Positions 52,880 to 64,000 of a DNA stretch of 64,000 nucleotides are shown here, piece after piece. This DNA comes from Octopus vulgaris (Eukaryota): positions 179,552,001-179,616,000 of the forward strand of contig OX597816.1 in assembly GCA_951406725.2 (NCBI GenBank). Reading direction: 5' to 3'. Both the position numbers and the translations under genes were made by a program. Position 1 is the stretch's first letter, and the number at the start of each line of letters is the position of its first letter. The notes beneath the pieces are model-generated. The model ran no database searches, was not told the origin of the DNA, and saw only the letters and a list, made by a program, of their open reading frames with translations.

Positions 52880-53328
52880 ATCGATCATCTCCCTTTGACC
52901 TGCGACCTCATCATGTCAGGCGAAGTTCAACTGGACAGGGCTGACCTATTTAGGTACAAACTCTGCTGCAGTATGTCTGTCTTTCTAGCTGCCACAAATA
53001 TTATAAAACCAGGTGAAACAGGAGAGGAGACAGACAGACGAGATAGATCTATCTACGACCCAAGTTATTGGCAGACCGCAGAGGCAGAGAGAAATGTTCG
53101 AAGTGCCGATAGACTACTGTTTCGAATGAAACACGAACACACGCACACACACAAACATATTCATTCCTAATATGTACTCTGTATTTCTAGCAACTCGTAG
53201 CAGTTGCCTACATTTTGTATGTAGTGTACCAATAAGAAATCAAACCCTGTAAATAAATTCCTTTCAATCATGAATCGGTTTACGTATTCATTTACATACA
53301 CACTTAACCACTACATTTGGTGACCCCG
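52880..53328 (+). mobile_element. LTR (5' boundary uncertain) ending ...CACTACA, followed by a tRNA-Trp primer-binding site
   Basis: TATAAAA at ~53002, AATAAA at 53252, CA end at 53315. TGGTGACCCCG (53318-53328) is complementary to the tRNA-Trp 3' end CGGGGUCACCA. Confidence 0.8.
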
Positions 53329-54169
53329 TCAACGAATTGCGGCCTTCCCTTGAACCAGCTTCATCAACCGCGTTGAAGAATCACAGCTTGCACATCACCC
53401 GGCAACGAAACAACTGAGAATTCCGGCGAACACAATGGCCCTCTATAGTACCTAAAGTCTGGACTTTAGTCTTAGCTAAATATAATATATTGATTATTTA
53501 TATGAACTGAACTATTACTGAAGTATAATGAATTACTCTTTTACTCTTTTAGTTGTTTCAATCATTTGACTGCGGCCATGCTGGAGCACCGCCTTTAGTC
53601 GAGCAACTCGACCCCGGAACTTATTCTTTTGTAAGCTTATTCTATCGGTCTCTTTTGCCGAACCGCTAAGTGTTTATTTTTTGTAATTTTTTGCAAAAAA
53701 AATTTCATTGAGGATATTTCCTTTTTAAATTGTTTACATGCTTGTTTCAATGTTTGTTTTGCCTTATTTATTTTATCAGACAGGAAAACTGGTGAGTCTT
53801 TTCAGTTGCTATCACATTTTTGGACACTTTAGAATTAAGTGAAAATTTTCAAACTTGTTACATTATTGTAATTTTTCTCACCGAGTCTAATTTTGTTATT
53901 CACTTTTCCAGAAAAATTTTCGAAAATTGTTCACTGAAAATATGTTACTAATTGATTAACTACAGGTCACCCACTATTCGAACTGACCCTAAACGCCAAA
54001 CTAAACCCTAATTCTAACTCTAAATCTCAACTCTAATCTTTGACTCAAACCCTGACTCTAACCCTAGTGTATCTCAAACTTTCCTGTTTGAATTTTTGCT
54101 ACAAAAAATGCATTAGTTGTTTATATGAGCTGAACTACATTTGTATAATGTAATTTTTTATTTGTAATT

Positions 54170-54204
<35 letters not shown>

Positions 54205-54937
54205 ATTCATTGAGGATCTTCCCTTTTTATATTGCCAACTTCCAAATCTCGTTTTCTGACTGGATAAAAACAATGAAACTTTAAACTTCTGTAACATTTT
54301 TCTGAAATTTTTCTCGAGCGAATGAATAACAAGATCAGATGCACACGAATTTGAAAGTTTTTACTAAATTTTAAGATTTGAAAAACTGTGACAGCAACAG
54401 AAAAGATCCAATTACAGTAATACAAGGTTCTATTTCTATGGTAGAATTGTTAGCCCCTTGCCCTACGAAAGAGACAAGGATTTGATGAAAGATTAGCCAA
54501 CAATTGCTAATGTCAAAAAAGATCTCTGATAATGAATATTTATAGTTATGAGTGTTTATTAGTAACGCATGAAATCGCTGATGTACTTATTTTTGTTTTC
54601 ACGTGTTTTTGGTAAAGAATTTGGTAGTTTCTGTTTTTTGCTTTTTTTAAATAATAGCTGCAAGGGACATAATGCATGGTAAGGGAGGTAACTTCGTTCT
54701 TTAAACAGGTTTTAATTCTCTCTGAATATTTAGAAATTCTTGCAGACATAATGCCAAAACTTTCGATTATTTTCTATTTCTTCGTATTTCTCGCCCTATG
54801 ATTGACAAGCTACATGAAATGACATATTTCCTATTTCCGTGACAAGCATTTTGCCTCAACTTCTTGGAAGACAGTCGTCACAATTTCTATTTTCTTGTCT
54901 ACATCGATCGCTTCCTTTGCCTTCGAATAGTCACGCA

Positions 54938-54938
<1 letters not shown>

Positions 54939-55018
<80 letters not shown>

Positions 55019-55050
55019 TGTGTGTGTGTGTGTCTGTGTGTGTGTCTGTG
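54939..55050. repeat. (TG)n microsatellite
   Basis: Direct reading. Confidence 0.97.
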
Positions 55051-55249
55051 TATGCGCACGCGTGCGTATATGCGCCTGTATGTGTGTGGGTGTAATAATG
55101 CGAACGCTATTCATAGATTTATGTAAGATGGCGATGTGTGTGTGTGTAGGGGGGGGGTCTGCAGATGGCATGAATATATTTTTTAAAAATATACGCAATT
55201 TTCCTCAATATTTCTTTTATGTCGTCTGAATACTATTAAGAGAAGAAAT

Positions 55250-55672
55250 GGATTTTTTCGGTTTGAACGGCATAATTTCTAGGTAACATAATTTCTAGGT
55301 AACTAAAAAATTAAAAACTTCGTATACTGGTAGAATGTGTTTATAAAACATCTTTTTCTCTTGGCTTTATTGAGAAAATTCTATAGTTTGTAAGATATTT
55401 GTTGTTTTTTTTTCTTCAGTTTCTGCAATTTCAACCAATCACTGTTTGAGGTATAAAAAAACATTCTGTGCCGTATGAATATGTCCCTCGTTTAAGAAAC
55501 AGATTGGGTTTATTTACATTTCTGAAGAAAAAAAAGATACCCTCCCTCACTAACCCTAACCCTAACCCTAAAACAGAATGAAATGCAATAGATCGACACT
55601 AGGGTCATAATTATGGGTGACAATTTCACATGACACCGCTAGAAAAAACTGCCGTTCAAACCGAATAGATCC
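55250..55672. mobile_element. MITE with 23-bp TIRs and internal telomeric (TAACCC)3
   Basis: ggattttttcggtttgaacggca vs tgccgttcaaaccgaatagatcc (21/23 match); taaccctaaccctaacccta at 55551-55570. Confidence 0.75.
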
Positions 55673-55732
55673 GAAAAAATATAATTGAGTACATTTTACT
55701 TCGTTAGTACTACAGTCTTGCAATCGAGCGAC

Positions 55733-55825
55733 CAAGCAAGCAAGCAACCAACCAACCAGCCAACCAACCAACCAACCAACCAACCAACCAGCCAACCAAC
55801 CAACCAACCAACCAACCAACCAACA

Positions 55826-55856
<31 letters not shown>

Positions 55857-56009
55857 TACTCAGTTAATCAATCAATTTCTGTGTTTCCAACCAGTGATTT
55901 TGAAAGTGATATATCTATGTGTGTGTGTATATATATGTATGCATGTATGTATGTATGTATGTATGTATGTATGTATGTATGTATGTATGTATGTATGTAT
56001 GTATGTATG

Positions 56010-56040
<31 letters not shown>

Positions 56041-56152
56041 TGTACTTATGTATGTATGTAAGTATGTATGTATGTATGTAATGTACTTATGTATGTATGT
56101 ATGTAAGTATGTATGTATGTATGTAATGTACTTATGTATGTATGTATGTATA
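55733..56152. repeat. Compound tetranucleotide microsatellites (CAAG/CAAC/CAAT)n and (TATG)n
   Basis: Direct reading. Confidence 0.95.
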
Positions 56153-56352
56153 TAAATGAAAAAAGGCAGGCAACAAGTTGCTTAGCCACATACCTGTTGC
56201 CTGCCTTTCTTATTTATATACAAAATATATATTGAACTTTTATAGAAGTTCCTACCGTTAATGGTTATATTTACATGCCGAAATCTACCAGTAAATAATT
56301 GTTGGTTTTTAAAAAACCATTAAAGCTACAGTTTACTCTTATTATATTACTG

Positions 56353-56394
<42 letters not shown>

Positions 56395-56448
56395 TATATA
56401 CTAGCCGTACCTTTCTAAATCACTGATTTTATGTATATATATATATGT

Positions 56449-56848
56449 AGGCGCAGGAGTGGCTGTGTGGTAAGTAGCTTGTTTACCAACCACATGGTTC
56501 CGGGTTTAGTTCCACTGCGTGGCACCTTGGGCAAGTGTCTTCTACTATAGCCTCGGGCCGACCAAAGCCCTGTGAGTGGATTTGGTAGACGGAAACTGAA
56601 AGAAGCCCGTCGTATATATGTATATATATATGAGTGTGTGTGTGTGTCTGTGTTTGTCCCCCTAGCATTGCTTGACAACCGATGCTGGTGTGTTTATGTC
56701 CCCGTTACTTAGCAGTTCGGCAAAAGAGACTGATAGAATAAGTACTGGGCTTACAAAAGAATAAGTCCCGGGATCGAATTGCTCGATTAAAGGCGGTGCT
56801 CCAGCATGGCCGCAGTCAAATGACTGAAACAAGTAAAAGAGTAAAAGA

Positions 56849-56850
<2 letters not shown>
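56449..56850 (+). mobile_element. Full-length, CpG-intact tRNA-derived SINE, family A
   Basis: AGGCGCAGGAGTGGCTGTGTGGTAAG head, internal (TA)/(TG) tract, tail gaaacaagtaaaagagtaaaagag. Confidence 0.9.
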
Positions 56851-56888
<38 letters not shown>

Positions 56889-57178
56889 AGTATATATATA
56901 TGTATATGTATTTTTATATCTTGTTATATTTATTTAGTTATATCTCATTATAATGATTGTAATTGTTGTACTGTATTAATGTCTAATCTTAATGCTCTTG
57001 TGTAGTGTTTTAATAAAGTATATGATTCGGTATTATCTGATAGTTGATAAGTGATTTAGATATATTTCTCCATTTTCTCATTTTGTATATATATATACAA
57101 TTGCAGCGTGGAAGGTGTTTATAAGCCATTTAAGAAACACACAAAAGCCGTTCGTTTCACTCCAACATTTAAGTTTAA

Positions 57179-57228
57179 TTTGTCAAAATATTTTCGTCGC
57201 TAAAATCCGCGACCTGTTCACTGACAAA
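57179..57228 (-). ncRNA. Minimal type I hammerhead, G3-C8 variant (mirror copy)
   Basis: Exact reverse complement of 57270-57319. Confidence 0.7.
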
Positions 57229-57269
57229 GCTGCATCTCAGTGCTGCACGGACTTTGATGCAGCACGGAC

Positions 57270-57319
57270 TTTGTCAGTGAACAGGTCGCGGATTTTAGCG
57301 ACGAAAATATTTTGACAAA
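57270..57319 (+). ncRNA. Minimal type I hammerhead, G3-C8 variant
   Basis: tttgtca-GUGAACA-g-gtcgc-ggatttta-gcgac-GAA-AAUAUU-U-tgacaaa. Perfect 7-bp stem I, 5-bp stem II, palindromic stem III. Confidence 0.7.
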
Positions 57320-57459
57320 TTAAACTTAAATGTTGGAGTGAATCGAACGGCTTTTGTGTGTTTCTTAAATGTCTTATAAACACCTTCCACGCTGCAATTG
57401 TTTTCGTTTCAGCACACGATCTCAGATCAAATTACTTGCTATGCGAGTACATCTCCGTA

Positions 57460-57521
<62 letters not shown>

Positions 57522-58236
57522 TATATAAAAATACAAAATGGGACAAGAATGCAAAACATTAAATAGACGATACAAAAAACGGACGGGTCATTCGAAGCCT
57601 CTAATCTTCAGTCAAGAACCGGATCATCCTCGCAATTTCGGCTGATTAATCTTGAGATTGCTTCGATCTGGCCAGCCCCAAGGAAAAACTAAGCTACGAG
57701 CATTAGATTTCTTGAAAAAAGGATCGAATGTATACGAAACAAAGACAGAAAAACGGACGATGTTACACGAATATAAATACAAAAAACAAAATGTAATACG
57801 AATATAAATACAAAAAACAATAATAATAATAATAATAATAACAACAGGACAAAAACAACGGTCATCTTTCGACTTTAGACAGTTCAACTTAGCTGGCGTA
57901 TTTGAAAAATAATGCCTTACGGCAGACGAAATTATCAGTGTTGTTATGGCGCTGGTCAGAAGCCGAAAGGCTATATATATACATATACACTTACGACCGT
58001 GAGGTTCTGAGTTCGAATCCCGAACCGAGCTGCGTGTTGTGTTCTTCAGCAAGACACTTTATTTCACGTCGCTCAGCTGTAGAAGTGAGTTGCGACGTCA
58101 TTGGTGCCAAGCTGTATCGGCCCCTTTGCCTTATCCCTTGGATAACAATGGTGGCCGGTATTCCATAAACAACCTTTCCCAGCCTTGTGCCTTTCTAGTT
58201 GCAATCCCATGGTCATTCGTGACCGAGGGGAGGCTC

Positions 58237-58238
<2 letters not shown>

Positions 58239-58330
<92 letters not shown>

Positions 58331-58591
58331 GTATATATATATGTATATATATATGTGTATATATATGTATATATATATGTGTATATATATGTGTATATAT
58401 GTATATATATGTGTATATATATATGTGTATATATGTATATATATATGTGTATATGTATATATGTATATATATATGTATATATGTATATATATATGAATGT
58501 ATATATATATGTGTATATATATATATATATGTATATGTATATATGTGTAGATGTATATGTATATATATATGTGTATATATATGTGTATATA

Positions 58592-58657
<66 letters not shown>
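58239..58657. repeat. Long (TA)n/(TG) compound microsatellite
   Basis: Direct reading; source of the spurious YIYI ORFs. Confidence 0.97.
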
Positions 58658-58662
<5 letters not shown>

Positions 58663-58750
58663 AATCCAAACGGGAAAACAAAAAAACAACAACACGTGGA
58701 ACAATTACAGTATTATTATTAATAGGCGCTCAGGAAATATGGAAGCAGGA

Positions 58751-58813
<63 letters not shown>

Positions 58814-58895
58814 ACAAAGTGGAGTTGTAAGGTACCGCACGAATGGAATTATATATGAAAGAAGGTTTGAAAATGCAATTTTAAAAGATGTTTAT

Positions 58896-58941
58896 TTACT
58901 TTACTGGTTTCACTTTTTTAGAAAAAGATTGTCAAAAGTAA
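58896..58941 (-). ncRNA. Minimal type I hammerhead, U3-A8 variant
   Basis: Minus strand reads ttactt-UUGACAA-u-cttttt-cta-aaaaag-u-GAAAC-CA-GUA-aagtaa. Perfect 6-bp stems I and II. Confidence 0.6.
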
Positions 58942-58950
58942 CATGTAAAA

Positions 58951-59310
58951 GCTTGGTTGTGTTAGGTACTGGTTGTCACAAAATACTATAATACATATAT
59001 ACATTCTTTGATAACAAGAGCATGTTAAGAACAGTTTACAAGGGAAAATCTTGGGAAAATACAAAAAATTTTAACTAGTTCATCAAAATATTGGGCACAA
59101 ATGCTTGGTTGTGCCAGGTACTGGTTGTCACAAAATATTACAATATACATATACATTCCTTGATAATAAGAACATGTTAAGAACAGTTTACAAGGGAAAA
59201 TCTTCGGAAAATATAAAAAAAGTTTAACAAGTTCGTTAAAATGTTGGGCACAAGAGATTACAATATATATATACATTCTCAAGAAAATGTTAAAGATAGT
59301 TTCCAGAAGG
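58951..59310. repeat. ~150-bp tandem repeat (2 full copies plus a partial one) next to the hammerhead
   Basis: gcttggttgtg..aggtactggttgtcacaaaata...ttgggcacaa begins at 58951 and at 59103. Confidence 0.85.
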
Positions 59311-60320
59311 AATTATTGAAAAGTTCTGTGGAATATTGGTATTGTATCTGTATATATATACACAGAATATTATAAGTTCAAAAAAAGTTTACATTTTAGT
59401 AGTAGGGTAGCTTTGACTGACCTGATTCACCATGTTATCGTAAAAGACTATTTTTTATTTCAAGGGACAGTGTAGGTGTGTTTGGGTGGGGGGAAGGAAG
59501 AGTAATGTGGAACTGAAAAGAAGTTTTTTGTCTCTCCTTCAAGCATCAATGATTTGGGGGATTGGTCTTTAGAGGTCGGAATGGTGCGAGTGTGTGTGTG
59601 TATATACATATACATGTGTTTGTGTGTGTGAGCCATTTTTGATTGGTCCCAGGGTTTATTGTGGTGTAAATAGATGTGTCTGTGTGTGTTTGTAAAATTT
59701 GGTAGGGTGGTGTGTGTATATATGTGACCGTTTGTGTGTGTGTGTGTGGTAATTGTGTTTTTAGTGTGTTGTGTGTGCGTTAGTGTGTGTATGTGTTTGT
59801 TCGTATGTGTGTATGTGTGCATCTGTGGGTGCGTGTGTATTCTCGTGTATTTTGTGTTGGTTGGGATGCTATGTGTGTGTAGGTGAGTGTGTGTGTAATA
59901 TGAGTGTGTGTGTGTATCTCTGTCCTAGTATGTTTGTGATTGTTATGATTGTCTCGTTATTGTGTGTGTGTGTGATTGGTATTTGTTATAGTGTTGTAAA
60001 AATTGCACGTGGATTGCTCAAGTTAAGTTTTTTTCAGGCAAACTGAGCGAGAATTCTTATGATCTGTTCACGTAAAGTTTCAAATATTCTGATCTTCTGC
60101 TTGTCCCACTCATTGAACTGCGGTCACGCTAGGGTACTACTTTTGAAAGGTCTTGTGGAACAAATCGACCCCAGTACTTATTCCTTTTTCAGGCTGGTAC
60201 TTATTCTATCGCTCTCTTTTGCAGAACGGCTGAGTTACAGGTACGTAAATAAACTAATACCAGTTGTTAAACGATGGTAGGGGAAAGCACAACACAAACA
60301 CAAAGGCACACAGACACACA

Positions 60321-60398
<78 letters not shown>

Positions 60399-60420
60399 GA
60401 TAGATAGATACACACACATA

Positions 60421-63773
<3,353 letters not shown>

Positions 63774-64000
63774 CTAGCAGTATCGCCCGGCGTTGCTCAG
63801 GTTTGTAAGGGAAATAACTATAAAGCATTTTTAGAGAGTTACTTTCCTTATATGATAGCAAAAAAATGGAAAAAAAATGATGGTAAATTTTTTTGAGAGT
63901 TAAAAAAGTTGGAGTTGCGTCCCCTAGACGGTCTGTGGTTTGGGTTTCTGATTCTCGACCCCATGTCGAATTTATCGATTTTTTTCAGAACTGGGGGAAC
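63774..64000 (-). mobile_element. 3' end of a second Helitron-family element (continues beyond the window)
   Basis: ctagcagtatcgcccggcgttgctcagg is homologous to the terminus ctagcagaggcacccggcgttgcccagg at 60421. Confidence 0.75.

Larger units (their letters stand above)
57097..57401. repeat. Near-perfect palindrome: 133-bp arms (57097-57229 and 57269-57401), 2 mismatches, 39-nt spacer
   Basis: Direct comparison of the arms; each carries a hammerhead fold. Confidence 0.95.

Noticed and set aside
57575-57720. Structured element with CUGAAGA and GCCGAAA on - and TCCTCGC on +
   Set aside because: The motifs are not in an order that builds either a hammerhead or an HDV fold; probably a repeat terminus.

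Overview
AT-rich, intron-containing animal genomic DNA. The SINE and LINE families look like those of octopus (coleoid cephalopod); this taxon call is pattern recognition, not a search result. The window holds one protein-coding gene: a + strand BTB-BACK-Kelch (Kelch-like, Cul3-adaptor type) gene. Its six coding exons (5477-41003) splice in frame at GT/AG sites into a 1860-nt CDS of 619 aa, with a probable non-coding first exon near base 1-134 and a probable long 3' UTR. The rest is transposon-derived: decayed piggyBac, mariner, RTE LINE, Gypsy (pol plus an LTR with a tRNA-Trp PBS) and Helitron elements, many tRNA-derived SINEs, MITEs and foldbacks, a 46-bp minisatellite and microsatellites. 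The most notable signal is a set of minimal type I hammerhead-ribozyme folds, typical of Penelope-like element termini, at five loci. Three of these loci are fold-back palindromes. Together they show three Watson-Crick versions of the catalytic 3-8 base pair: C3-G8, G3-C8 and U3-A8. A weaker HDV-like ribozyme candidate, two locally templated insertions and a CpG-depletion footprint over the gene body are also seen.
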